From: Xanthobacteraceae bacterium
GTDB taxonomy: Bacteria > Pseudomonadota > Alphaproteobacteria > Rhizobiales > Xanthobacteraceae
Length of the DNA: 64,000 bases
Reading direction: 5' to 3'
Assembly (NCBI GenBank): GCA_049517455.1
Contig: JBEKSB010000001.1
Span: forward strand, 1,528-65,527
Below, in pieces: positions 10,935-24,579 of this stretch. The notes under the pieces were generated by a model, which made no database searches, was not told the DNA's origin, and worked only from the letters and a program-made list of their open reading frames with translations. Numbering within the stretch: position 1 is the stretch's first letter; every line of letters begins with the position of its first letter. Position numbers and translations under genes: made by a program.

Positions 10935-11169
10935 CGATTGCGCCTGCGAAATCGTCGCGCGATCTTTTGAATGCGCGACGGCACCACTTGATTCACACCA
11001 ATCCTAGCCGTTTTGCAAAGATAGTGCCGCAGTTGCGTCGCGACGATCAGGGTGCACCCGGCTACGGACGGAGTTGAAAACGAACGACGTTGGCCTATGA
11101 TCGAATTGGCGACTGAAAATCTGGCGTGCCCGAGCCGGCTTCCGGTCGCCTGCAAATCTGGAGGCGGAA

Positions 11170-12252
11170 ATGATCGCGTCAGCTCTTCGTCCGACGGAAA
11201 TCAACCCGGCGAAGCTCGCGTTTCTTTTCAAGAAGCAGCTTGAGCTTTGCAAGGTGAAACCGGGCGAAACCATGGTTTGCGTCAGCGATCTCTCGACGCG
11301 CCGCGAATATATCGAAGCTGCCTTCGCCGCCGCCGAGTCGCTCGGCGGCGATGTCTATGAAATGTGCGTGAATTCGATTCCGTCGTGGACCAAGGTCGGG
11401 GTGCCGACGATCGGCAAATGCAAGGGAACCCTCGAAGCGATGAAAGCGGCGGACATCATCGTCATCTTCCACGTGCCGCTCTTCACCAAATGGCTCAAGG
11501 AAGTCATGGACAGCGGAACCCGCGTGCTCATGATCATCGATGCGCCGGACGACCTTGAGCAGCTCATGGCGCCGCCCGGTCTGAAAGATGCGCTGAAATA
11601 TGCGGAGGAGCGTTACCGCAAGACGCGCGAAGTCCGCGTCGTGTCCGAAGCCGGAACCGATTTCACCTATAGCTGCGGTGAATATCCCGTCATGGTCCAA
11701 TGGGGCTATGCCGACGAGCCCGGCCATTTCGACCATTGGGGGGCGGGGCATATCCACACTTTCCCCAATGAAGGATCCGCCAAGGGTGTCGTGGTCATTC
11801 AGCCCGGAGACATCGTCGTATTGCCCTACTGCCGCTACGTGCAGGATCCGATCCGGCTGGAAATTGAAGACGGCTTCATCAGCAAGCTTGAAGGTGGCCT
11901 CGATGCGAAGCTCATGCGCGACTGGCTGGACGACGGCAAAGCCAATGCCGGCGATCGCGATCCCTATGCCATTTCGCATCTCGGCTGGGGGCTCAATCCG
12001 CAGGCGCGATGGTACAACCTCGCCATGAACGGCGACGCGCCCGAGCGGCAGCGCGCTTCCGCGCGGGTCTTTGCGGGAAATTTCCTGTTCTCGACCGGGC
12101 CAAACTCGCAGGGCGGCGGCAAGCGCACCACGCGCGGCCACTACGATGTGCCGATGCGCGACTGCACCGTCATGCTCGACAATGAAGTGATCATCGACAA
12201 GGGAAAGATCACAGACCCGAAGATGACGGTCGCACGCGTCGCGACGGCATAG
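11170..12252 (+). CDS. 2,5-dihydroxypyridine 5,6-dioxygenase (NicX)-like / aminopeptidase-T-fold protein
   Basis: 360 aa. Blocks GYADEPGHFDHWGAGH, ISHLGWGLNPQARW and FLFSTGPNSQGGGKRTTRGHYDVPMRDC line up with my recollection of Pseudomonas putida NicX. GGAGG RBS 7 nt upstream. Confidence 0.75.
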   Translation: MIASALRPTEINPAKLAFLFKKQLELCKVKPGETMVCVSDLSTRREYIEAAFAAAESLGGDVYEMCVNSIPSWTKVGVPTIGKCKGTLEAMKAADIIVIFHVPLFTKWLKEVMDSGTRVLMIIDAPDDLEQLMAPPGLKDALKYAEERYRKTREVRVVSEAGTDFTYSCGEYPVMVQWGYADEPGHFDHWGAGHIHTFPNEGSAKGVVVIQPGDIVVLPYCRYVQDPIRLEIEDGFISKLEGGLDAKLMRDWLDDGKANAGDRDPYAISHLGWGLNPQARWYNLAMNGDAPERQRASARVFAGNFLFSTGPNSQGGGKRTTRGHYDVPMRDCTVMLDNEVIIDKGKITDPKMTVARVATA

Positions 12253-12276
12253 TCCGCCCGTCAGCAATCCTGCGTG

Positions 12277-12528
12277 TCAACGCTGAGCGCTTGGAAGCCA
12301 GTCCTGCGCTTGATCGAGCAGAACTCCCATCGGCATGAGGGCCGATGGTCGCTCGACGAATTCGCTGCGGCCAAGTGATCTTTTGCCTAGCGATACGGCG
12401 GTCGCGGCAATCACGAGCGAAACGGTGAGCGAAACGGTTGCGATCAGTTCGATCGCAATCGCTCGTCTCGAGAGAGCCTTTTCAGTCCTCGGCGCCGCGA
12501 AACCGGGATTGCCGGTCAGCTCTGCCAT
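12277..12528 (-). CDS. Hypothetical small protein with one predicted TM helix (doubtful)
   Basis: 83 aa. AAGGG RBS 7 nt upstream of the ATG. Third-position GC is only ~63 %, which is low for this genome. Lies about 115 nt downstream of a perfect CtrA box. Confidence 0.25.
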   Translation of the reverse strand: MAELTGNPGFAAPRTEKALSRRAIAIELIATVSLTVSLVIAATAVSLGKRSLGRSEFVERPSALMPMGVLLDQAQDWLPSAQR

Positions 12529-12640
12529 CGTCGTACCCTTCGCGAATCATTTGTCCGTCACACTATCGTCGGCGATGCCGGCGCGCGTTCGGCCGGATTG
12601 GGGCGAAGCCATTGACGAAGAAAGGCGTTTTGGTGGGATA

Positions 12641-12659
12641 TGGTTAACGGATGGTTAAC
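12641..12659 (-). promoter_or_regulatory. Perfect CtrA-type box (TTAACCAT-N3-TTAACCAT = TTAA-N7-TTAAC on the minus strand)
   Basis: The plus strand reads atggttaacggatggttaac, a tandem of ATGGTTAAC. Confidence 0.5.
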
Positions 12660-12664
12660 GTCAG

Positions 12665-13309
12665 CTACTTGGCCGCGACCGCGGCTGCCGTGTCGAAGTC
12701 CATCGTGACGTGGCCGGGCTGGGCGGCGACGCGCCTGAGCCAGGCGCGAACGGCCGGAAACGGCGCGAGATCGTAATCGCACATATGCGCCACATGGGTG
12801 TAGGCGTAGAGCGCGATGTCGGCGATGGTGTAACGATCGGCGGCGAAGAAGTCGTGCAGCGCGATGTGCTTCTCCATCACGCCGAGCGCGCGGTGACCCT
12901 CCTCCATCCAGTCCTCGAAGGCGTGGCGCTGCAAGTCACGACCGCCTTTGATGAGCGTGAGCCAGAAGTAAGCCGCGCCCAAATTTGGCTCTAGGCTGTG
13001 TTGCTCGAAGAACATCCATTGCAACGCTTCAGCACGTTCGATGCGATCCTCGGGCGCGAGTTCCGTGCCGCCGGCGATGTACCAGAGGATGGCGTTGGAC
13101 TCGGCGAGAAATCGGCCGGGTGCGACTTCCAGAAGCGGCACCTGGCCGTTCGGATTCTTCGTCAGGAATTCGGGCGTGTGGCTCTCGCCCTTGAGAATAT
13201 CGATCTCGATCAGCCGATAGGGAACGCCGAGCTGTGCCAAGGCGAGGCGCGCCTTGTAGCTGTTGCCTGAACGCTGCATCGAATAGAGCGTAAACATAAC
13301 CGCTGCCAC
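12665..13309 (-). CDS. Glutathione S-transferase
   Basis: 214 aa with thioredoxin-like N-domain SGNSYKARLALAQLGVPY. The start may instead be the ATG at 13297 (MFTLYSM). Confidence 0.85.
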   Translation of the reverse strand: MAAVMFTLYSMQRSGNSYKARLALAQLGVPYRLIEIDILKGESHTPEFLTKNPNGQVPLLEVAPGRFLAESNAILWYIAGGTELAPEDRIERAEALQWMFFEQHSLEPNLGAAYFWLTLIKGGRDLQRHAFEDWMEEGHRALGVMEKHIALHDFFAADRYTIADIALYAYTHVAHMCDYDLAPFPAVRAWLRRVAAQPGHVTMDFDTAAAVAAK

Positions 13310-13396
13310 TTCCCGTGCGGTAGAATCTCCTTGCGATTCCGTACGACTGGAACGCGGCGATGTCGTGACCGCGCGATGTGCCGCATTGGCGGCCAG

Positions 13397-14674
13397 CTAT
13401 TTTAGAAGAAACGTGCCGGAAAAAGCCATCGATAAGGTCAGCTGAATCGTGCTGCGCCGCAGCAGAAGAATGAATAATGCGAGCATCGCCGGCACGCCGA
13501 GGGGAATAAGCGTCATCTGCGCGACGGAGCGGGCCACGAGTGGCATCAGCCAGAGTGTGGCGAGCGCCGTCTTTTCCCATGGACCGAAGCCACGCGCGAA
13601 GCCGTCGGCCGCAAAGAAGGCGATCGCGGGCGCCAGCACCATCATGTCGTAATCGAACGTAAAGGGTGTGGCGAGGATCGTCGCGAGGCAAAGCGCCGCT
13701 GCCTTGAGCGGATAAGGTACGGCTCCGCGCCACAGCCAGATCAAGGCGGCAATCAACCCAACAATCAGCGCGCCTTGCAGCGCGTAGGCTAGCGGGATCG
13801 ACGCGCCCCACATCCGCGCCCACGCGAATACGCTTTGCATCTTGTACCAGCCGGGATCGCCTTGTTCGAGCACGACGAGGCGCGTGAAGCGGGTCGAGTC
13901 GAAGAACGCTTGCCACACATGTGGACCGAAGGCGGCGGTGCTCGCGGCGGTGAGAACAGCGACCGCGGCCGCGGCGGCGGCGAAAGTGCGCCAGCGACCG
14001 CTTGCCGCAAGTACGATCGGAATCATAAGTCCGAATTGCGGCTTGTAGGCCAACAATCCGAAGATGATGCCGGCGCTCAGCGGCCGACGGTCGAGTATCG
14101 TCAGCGCTCCGCCGAGCAAGGCGGCGGTGAGGAAGCCATTCTGGCCGTGACCGATATTGACCAGCACGGCGGGGAAAGCGACGGCGAGGAGAAGCCAGAG
14201 CGGGTCCGCCGTGATTGTAGATTCCGGGTCCCCGCTTTGCGGGTCCCGGAATGATGAGGCCAAAATCCCCCGGATTGTCAGAAGATAAAGGCCGAGCGTG
14301 ACCGCCTGCCATGCGGCCAGCGCGGCGCCATAGGGCAGCAACGCCAGCGCGGCGGCGATGAAGAGAAAGAAAGGTGGGTAAAGCCAGCTATAGAACGGCG
14401 TCGATGCGCCGAAAATCTTCTGCTCGCGCGCGTGCTGCCGCGCAAGGTCGAAGGGCGCCTCGGGATTGCCGTCGAGCACATGAGTTCCGGCGGCGTAGAA
14501 GCTTGAAAAATCCGTTCCGAGCGGACGCCCCTGCATATCGACGACGCCGTTGGCGGTGATGAGCAAGTAGGAAAGGCCAACAATGGAAACAAAGAGGATC
14601 GCCACCGCCACAAGCCGGATGCGCTCGCGCGTGAGCCAAGCCCCGCTCCGCAAGATGTCGCGCGCCCGGACCAT
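13397..14674 (-). CDS. Polytopic membrane glycosyltransferase, GT87/DUF2029 family
   Basis: 425 aa with many TM segments. N-terminal pattern GTDFSSFYAAG..L.G is typical of DUF2029. Confidence 0.7.
   Translation of the reverse strand: MVRARDILRSGAWLTRERIRLVAVAILFVSIVGLSYLLITANGVVDMQGRPLGTDFSSFYAAGTHVLDGNPEAPFDLARQHAREQKIFGASTPFYSWLYPPFFLFIAAALALLPYGAALAAWQAVTLGLYLLTIRGILASSFRDPQSGDPESTITADPLWLLLAVAFPAVLVNIGHGQNGFLTAALLGGALTILDRRPLSAGIIFGLLAYKPQFGLMIPIVLAASGRWRTFAAAAAAVAVLTAASTAAFGPHVWQAFFDSTRFTRLVVLEQGDPGWYKMQSVFAWARMWGASIPLAYALQGALIVGLIAALIWLWRGAVPYPLKAAALCLATILATPFTFDYDMMVLAPAIAFFAADGFARGFGPWEKTALATLWLMPLVARSVAQMTLIPLGVPAMLALFILLLRRSTIQLTLSMAFSGTFLLK
14220..14256. repeat. REP-like near-perfect palindrome embedded in frame inside the GT87 gene
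   Basis: gATTCCGGGTCCCCGCtttGCGGGTCCCGGAATg. Resembles the arms of the intergenic element at 19195-19330. Confidence 0.4.
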
Positions 14675-14802
14675 TGCTCTTCCTCGTTCGCATGGCTGCG
14701 GCGGGCATTAGGCCAGCGGAGCCTTAACGGAGAATTGAGCCGTCGATCCGATGCTCGCCCTTGCCTGTGCGCCATTGGGGCTTTAGGGAAGCACGCGCCT
14801 GA

Positions 14803-16032
<1,230 letters not shown>

Positions 16033-16038
16033 CCGAAA

Positions 16039-16056
16039 GGGCGGGAGACGCCGCCC
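16039..16056 (+). terminator. Weak hairpin after the aminotransferase gene
   Basis: GGGCGG-gagacg-CCGCCC followed by gcattctcgctt. The U-tract is poor. Confidence 0.3.
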
Positions 16057-16113
16057 GCATTCTCGCTTACAATCCTGCCGCGCCCATAGGGTGGGCTGGG
16101 AGGGAGTATTCAT

Positions 16114-16596
16114 ATGTTCCGCACTGCATGCGCTGCGGCGGCCGTTTTGGCCGCCGCGCTTGCGATGGTTGTAGGGCCTGCCGATGCGCAGCCGAGGCAA
16201 GTCCAGGTGGGCACGCTGACCTGTTCGATGTCGGCGAGCATTGGCCTGATCCTCGGTTCGCAAAAAAACCTGAATTGCGTTTTCAGGGGCCAGCCGGGTG
16301 AGCCGGAGGAAGCTTACACCGGCACCATGACCACGATCGGCCTCGACATCGGCATAACCACCGGAGGGGTGATCGTCTGGACGGTGTTTGCGGATACCAA
16401 CCGATATGCCGGAATGCTCGCCGGCAGGTATGGCGGTGCGACGGCGGAAGTGTCTATCGCCGCAGGTCTTGGCGCCAATGTTCTTGTCGGCGGATCGAAT
16501 CGGACGGTGGCGCTGCAGCCATTGTCGTTGCAGGGACAGATGGGCCTCGATATCGCGGCCGGCATAGGAGAGATGGAGTTGCACGCCGCGCGGTGA
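16114..16596 (+). CDS. DUF992 family secreted protein
   Basis: 160 aa with a signal peptide ending ADA-QP. Pattern GTLTC...GSQKNLNCVF is typical of DUF992. Confidence 0.7.
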   Translation: MFRTACAAAAVLAAALAMVVGPADAQPRQVQVGTLTCSMSASIGLILGSQKNLNCVFRGQPGEPEEAYTGTMTTIGLDIGITTGGVIVWTVFADTNRYAGMLAGRYGGATAEVSIAAGLGANVLVGGSNRTVALQPLSLQGQMGLDIAAGIGEMELHAAR

Positions 16597-16735
16597 GGTT
16601 AACCGCGGCGCGCTGGGCGAGCGGGAGCAGAGCAGTACACAGGCGCGTAAGGGTCGCGCCCCTTGACCAGCCCCGCCGCCGCCTGAAACGATAGCTTCCC
16701 GCGACCCGCGCCGAACGACGGGTCAGCGCCGGGAG

Positions 16736-18802
<2,067 letters not shown>

Positions 18803-18882
18803 TAAGGTCATCAACTCAATCCGCAACGCGTTGCGCCCGCGCCGTTCGCGGGCGTCCATGTCTTGCAAGTGGAGAAACGTCA

Positions 18883-19185
18883 ATGCCTGCCTATTGGGTC
18901 GCACGCTCGAAGGTCAACGATCCGGCCGTGTACAAGAAATACGCCGATCAGGTACCGGCAATTCTCGCCAAGTACGGCGGCAAGCCTTTGGCGCGCGGCG
19001 GCCGCTTCCAGATCATGGAAGGCCCGGAGAAGTTTCAGCGCTTCGTGGTGATCGAGTTTCCGACATTCGAGCAGGGCGTCGCCTGCTTCACCTCCGATGA
19101 ATACGAAAAAGCCGCCGCATTCCGCCGCGGCGGCGCCGGCGAGGTCGAAACGGTCATCATCGAGGCGATCGAGGCGCCGAAGTAA
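18883..19185 (+). CDS. DUF1330 domain protein
   Basis: The internal ATG, with a GGAGAA RBS, gives MPAYWVARSKVNDPAVYKKYA..., a 100-aa dimeric alpha-beta-barrel-type protein. Confidence 0.75.
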   Translation: MPAYWVARSKVNDPAVYKKYADQVPAILAKYGGKPLARGGRFQIMEGPEKFQRFVVIEFPTFEQGVACFTSDEYEKAAAFRRGGAGEVETVIIEAIEAPK

Positions 19186-19194
19186 GTTTCGACT

Positions 19195-19330
19195 CGTCAC
19201 TCCGGGACGCGGGCAAAGCCGACGGGCTCGGAATCCATAACCACCAAAAGTCGGGGTTTGGTGCAGAGCCATAATCCAGGGGCGGGGATTATGGTGTTTG
19301 GGCTCGCGCTCCGCGCGCCCCGGAATGACG
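19195..19330. repeat. Composite nested palindromic REP-type element between convergent genes
   Basis: The outer arms cgtcactccgggacgcg... and ...cgcgccccggaatgacg are inverted copies. Inner perfect hairpin ccataatcc (19269-19277) / ggattatgg (19286-19294). Confidence 0.65.
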
Positions 19331-19343
19331 GCTCATCAAAACG

Positions 19344-20714
<1,371 letters not shown>

Positions 20715-20754
20715 GGTGAAGTTCCTTTGCTTGGGCAGCGTTGGAAGACTGGCA

Positions 20755-21102
20755 TCAGTTGCGCTCCGCCTTGATGATTTCGGTCATCGTCACGCCGAGC
20801 TTTTCTTCGACCAGAACGACTTCGCCGCGGGCGACCAGGCGGTCGTTGACGTAGATGTCGATGGCCTCTCCGACTTTGCGGTCCAGTTCGAGCACCGTCC
20901 CGGGGCCGAGCTTGAGGAGATCGTTGATTTCCATCCGCGCCCGCCCGAGCACGGCCGAGACCTTGACCGGGACGTCGAACACCGCTTCGAGGTCGGCAGC
21001 CGTGCGAGTCGTGGGGCCGTCCGGCTCGGTCGCGACCGGCATGTCAGGTTGCATGGCGCGGTCTTCGAGATTGGGCAGGGGCACCTTGCCATCCTCACTC
21101 AT
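20755..21102 (-). CDS. fliN: Flagellar motor switch protein FliN
   Basis: 115 aa. SpoA-type C-terminus LGPGTVLELDRKVGEAIDIYVNDRLVARGEVV. Its start overlaps the upstream stop as ATGA. Confidence 0.85.
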   Translation of the reverse strand: MSEDGKVPLPNLEDRAMQPDMPVATEPDGPTTRTAADLEAVFDVPVKVSAVLGRARMEINDLLKLGPGTVLELDRKVGEAIDIYVNDRLVARGEVVLVEEKLGVTMTEIIKAERN

Positions 21103-21758
21103 TCTCGTACCTCCTCCGCATCTTGTGTTGTGTCGGCCAAGCTGCGGCGCGCGCTGACATAGCGCGCGACCGCCTCGCCGATCGCGGCGTCAGCCGCGGT
21201 GATGTCCCGGTTGACCCCGCCGTCCGCCCATTCGATTCGGCAGTCGCCTGCGCCGACGCTCGGCTCGCCGAGTACGACCAGCCGACCTTCGAAGCCGTGC
21301 CTGCGGGCGATGTCGTCGAGCTTTTCGCGCGCTGCGGCGTAGAGCGAATCGTTGACGCGCACGGCAATATGCGGCGAAGCGATGAGCTCGCGGAAGCAAT
21401 TGCTTGCGAGCGCTGAGATTTCGGCGAACGGCTCGCGCTCGATCAAAGCCGGCGCGAGCTTGCGGGCGACCGCCACCGCGACCTCGACGGCTTCGCATTC
21501 AAGCCGCGCTTCGATCGCCCGCAGCGCGTTGTTCGCTTCGCCGAGGCTGAAGGCGATGCGTTCGAGCGTGCCGGCGATGCGGCGACCGGCTTCGACGCCA
21601 GCGTCGGTTTGCGCCTGCGCGTAGCCGATGCGATGCGCGGCGGTCTCGGCCTCGGCGAGCTTCACCGCATGATCGGCGAGCGTGATCGTTGCCTCGCGCT
21701 CGTTGCCTGCGGCGAAATCGACATCGAACAGGAACTTTTTTGCGGGCGCACTCATCAA
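21099..21758 (-). CDS. FliH-like flagellar assembly protein (FlbE position)
   Basis: 219 aa, Ala/Glu-rich and helical, placed between fliG and fliN. 4-nt ATGA overlaps at both ends. Confidence 0.55.
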   Translation of the reverse strand: MMSAPAKKFLFDVDFAAGNEREATITLADHAVKLAEAETAAHRIGYAQAQTDAGVEAGRRIAGTLERIAFSLGEANNALRAIEARLECEAVEVAVAVARKLAPALIEREPFAEISALASNCFRELIASPHIAVRVNDSLYAAAREKLDDIARRHGFEGRLVVLGEPSVGAGDCRIEWADGGVNRDITAADAAIGEAVARYVSARRSLADTTQDAEEVRE

Positions 21759-22855
21759 TAAATCAGCTCTTCTTCGCCACGGGTCTTGGAAATGACGATC
21801 TCGCCCTTGCCCGCCAAATCCTTGGCAAGATTGACCAGGAGGACCTGCGCCTCGTCGACGTCGCGCAGGCGCACCGGACCCATCGCCGCCATATCGTCCA
21901 CCAGCATCTTGGCGGCGCGTGTCGACATGTTGGATAGGAAGAACTGCCGCACCGGTTCCGCCGCGCCCTTGAGCGCCACCGCGAGCTTGTCCTTTTCGAT
22001 GTGGCGCATGAGGGTTTGTGCCGAAGCGGGATCGAGCTTGATCAGATCGTCAAACGTGAACATCAGCGTCTTGATGCGCTCGGCGCTCTCGCGGTTATCT
22101 TCCTCGAGCGCGGTGAGAAAGCGCGTTTCCGTCTGCCGATCGAAGTTGTTGAAGATCTCGGCCATCACTTCATGCGCGTCGCGACGGCGTGTCTGCGAGA
22201 GGTTCGACATGAATTCGGTGCGCAGCGTCAGCTCGACACGCTCCAGGACTTCTTTCTGCACCGCCTCCATGCGCAGCATGCGGTTGACGACGTCGAGCGC
22301 CAGTTCCTCGGGCAGGATGGCGAGCACGCGCGCGGCATGCTCCGGCCCGATCTTGGAAAGCACCACGGCCACCGTCTGCGGGTATTCGTTCTTGAGATAA
22401 TTGGCGAGAACCTCTTCCTGAACGTTGGATAGCTTTTCCCACATGTTGCGGCCCGCGGGACCGCGGATTTCCTCCATGATGGAGCCGACACGCTCGGGCG
22501 GCAGGTATTGCTGCAGCAGGCGCTCGGTGGCTTCGTAGGTGCCCATCAGCGCCCCCGAAGCCGACATGCGGGTCACGAATTCGAGCAACAGATTCTCGAC
22601 CAGTTCCGCTTCAATCGTGCCGACGGTGGACATCACAATGGATATCTCACGAAGTTCGTCGTCGTCGAGCATGTTCCAGATTTTGGCGCCGTGCTGTTCG
22701 CCAAGCGCCAGCATGAGGATAGCCGCGCGTTCGCGACCGGTGAGAGAACGCAGATTGGCGCTCGCGGCCGGGCGGCTGGCGAGAGTCGCCATCGCGCTGG
22801 TGATTTCCCGGCGGGTGGCCTCAGCGTCCGTTTTTTCTGGCTTGGCGGGGGGCAT
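21755..22855 (-). CDS. fliG: Flagellar motor switch protein FliG
   Basis: 366 aa. Blocks [12 protein letters not shown] and MFTFDDL, and a charged C-terminal torque helix region. Confidence 0.9.
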   Translation of the reverse strand: MPPAKPEKTDAEATRREITSAMATLASRPAASANLRSLTGRERAAILMLALGEQHGAKIWNMLDDDELREISIVMSTVGTIEAELVENLLLEFVTRMSASGALMGTYEATERLLQQYLPPERVGSIMEEIRGPAGRNMWEKLSNVQEEVLANYLKNEYPQTVAVVLSKIGPEHAARVLAILPEELALDVVNRMLRMEAVQKEVLERVELTLRTEFMSNLSQTRRRDAHEVMAEIFNNFDRQTETRFLTALEEDNRESAERIKTLMFTFDDLIKLDPASAQTLMRHIEKDKLAVALKGAAEPVRQFFLSNMSTRAAKMLVDDMAAMGPVRLRDVDEAQVLLVNLAKDLAGKGEIVISKTRGEEELIY

Positions 22856-22866
22856 GGCTCAATCGA

Positions 22867-24519
22867 TCAGGCTGCGGGGCTCTCGTTCATCCATTGGCGG
22901 ATGATGGAAACGGCTTCGCTCGGATTCCTGTCGGCGAGCTCGCCGACCTTTTGCACCGATTGGGCATGCACCTGGCCCTGGATCTGGGCGATGTCGATCA
23001 TCTTGGCAGTGTGGCTCGCTTCCGCTTTCACGTTCTCCGGGCTTTTCGCAGGGGCGGCGTCTGCCACCTGGCCGGAGCTGGGAGTGCCCGGCGGCAGCAT
23101 GGCAAGCGCGCGCTCTTCCGGAGCTAGGACGCGACGTACCAGCGGCCGCACGACCATCAGCAGGACGACGAAGCCGAGGAGACCCATGACCACCATTTCG
23201 ATGGCGCGCATGATGTCGTCCTTGGTGAATTGCAGCGCAGCGAGCCAGCCGCTGGGCTCGGCGATCGGATTGGCCGGCGTTTCGGCGAAGCGCAGATTGA
23301 CCACTTCGACCTGATCGCCGCGCTTCTGGTCAAATCCGATCGCCGTGCGCACCAGCGCCGAGATCTGATCGATCTCCTCTTTGCTGCGCGGCTGGTAGGT
23401 GACGTCGCCCTTGTCGTTCTTGACATAGGTGCCGTCGACAAGGACGGCGACCGAGACGCGATTGATGCGGCCGCCCTCGATGACCTCCGTCTTGGTCGTC
23501 TTCGAGATTTCGTAATTGACGATCTCCTCGGATTTCTTGCTCTGATCGCGCGGAGTGGAATTGGCCTCGGGGGCTGCCGCTTGCCGCGGGTTGCCGCCCG
23601 GTATCTCGTTGCCGACCGTCACCTGATTGTCGCGGCCATCATTCGTCGCCGAGGTTTCCTCACGCGTTTGGCTCGAACGCACGACGCGGCCTTCGGGATC
23701 GTATTTGTCCGATGTCTGCGTCACACGGTTGAAGTCGAAATCGGCGCTGACCTCGGTGCGGGCGCGGCCAGGCCCAACCACGGAAGAGACGATCGCCTCT
23801 ACCTGGTCGCGCAATCGCTTTTCAAACGCCGCCCGCCTTTCGTCGACGCCGACTTCGCCGCCGTTGTCGCCGTCGCCGATACCGTCGGCCAGGAGGTGGC
23901 CTGCTTCGTCGACGATCGACACCCGCTGCGGCTTGAGCCCGTTGACGGCGGAAGCGACCAAGTGGCGGATGGCGCGCACCTGCTGAGCTTCCAGTGTGCC
24001 GTGAACCTTCAGCACGATGGACGCGGAGGGCTCCACCTTGTCGCGAGAGAACAGTGGACGTTCGGGCATCACCAGGTGAACACGCGCGGCAATCACCTTG
24101 TCGAGGCCGCGAATGGAGCGCGAAAGCTCGCCTTCGAGGGCGCGCAAATTATTGATATTCTGCACGAAACTGGTGGTGCCCAGCGCGTCCGATTTGTCGA
24201 AAATCTCGTAACCGACGCCGCCGCCCTTGGGCAGACCCTCACCGGCCAGCGCCATGCGCAGCCGCGCGACGCGATCCTTCGGGACCATGACGATGTTGCC
24301 ATCGTTGCGTAGCTCGTAGGCGACGCCTTGCCGCTCGAGTTCCTTCACGATCGCGGCGGAGTCCTCGTAGCTGAGATCGGTGAAGAGCGGGATCATTTGC
24401 GGCGCAGTTACGCGCAGCATGAGGAAGGCGAAAAAGCCGACAAGCGCGATGGTGACGGCGGCCATCGCGGCGATACGCGGGGCGCCGAGCGTCTTGGCGA
24501 ACTCAAGCAGACTTCGCAC
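22867..24519 (-). CDS. fliF: Flagellar M-ring protein FliF
   Basis: 550 aa with N- and C-terminal TM segments and a YscJ/FliF-type periplasmic domain. GTG start preceded by GAGGA. Confidence 0.9.
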   Translation of the reverse strand: MRSLLEFAKTLGAPRIAAMAAVTIALVGFFAFLMLRVTAPQMIPLFTDLSYEDSAAIVKELERQGVAYELRNDGNIVMVPKDRVARLRMALAGEGLPKGGGVGYEIFDKSDALGTTSFVQNINNLRALEGELSRSIRGLDKVIAARVHLVMPERPLFSRDKVEPSASIVLKVHGTLEAQQVRAIRHLVASAVNGLKPQRVSIVDEAGHLLADGIGDGDNGGEVGVDERRAAFEKRLRDQVEAIVSSVVGPGRARTEVSADFDFNRVTQTSDKYDPEGRVVRSSQTREETSATNDGRDNQVTVGNEIPGGNPRQAAAPEANSTPRDQSKKSEEIVNYEISKTTKTEVIEGGRINRVSVAVLVDGTYVKNDKGDVTYQPRSKEEIDQISALVRTAIGFDQKRGDQVEVVNLRFAETPANPIAEPSGWLAALQFTKDDIMRAIEMVVMGLLGFVVLLMVVRPLVRRVLAPEERALAMLPPGTPSSGQVADAAPAKSPENVKAEASHTAKMIDIAQIQGQVHAQSVQKVGELADRNPSEAVSIIRQWMNESPAA

Positions 24520-24557
24520 TGATCCTCATCTCCCGCGAACGACACTTTCGCGTCCCA

Positions 24558-24576
24558 CCCGGCAAGATTTGCCCGG
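24558..24576 (-). promoter_or_regulatory. FlbD-type (ftr-like) palindrome in the fliF promoter/leader
   Basis: cccGGCAAgatTTGCCcgg. The same GGCAA-N3-TTGCC core recurs at 27970-27988. Confidence 0.4.
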
Positions 24577-24579
24577 TCT

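Noticed and set aside
11118-11160. TGGCGT...GC strings upstream of the NicX-like gene, considered as a sigma-54 promoter.
   Set aside because: The GG-N10-GC spacing and the TTGC element are not satisfied.
11179-12267. 362-aa ORF antisense to the NicX-like gene. Similar long shadow ORFs occur at 45556-47067 (+), 49213-50577 (+), 52339-53715 (+), 17216-18226 (-), 13029-14312 (-), 33920-35005 (+), 23230-24312 (+) and 8340-9314 (+).
   Set aside because: Their translations are Arg/Ala/Gly/Pro-rich with no recognisable motifs. Each lies opposite a gene with clear family signatures. Long stop-free antisense frames are expected in ~64 % GC DNA.
12335-12658. 107-aa plus-strand ORF in the 12.3-12.66 kb gap.
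   Set aside because: It has no RBS or family resemblance and overlaps the equally doubtful minus-strand ORF. The only solid signal in the gap is the CtrA box.
20715-20754. The gap between fliN and flbD, examined for an internal promoter or terminator.
   Set aside because: It is only 40 nt with no hairpin or promoter-like motif, which is consistent with co-transcription.
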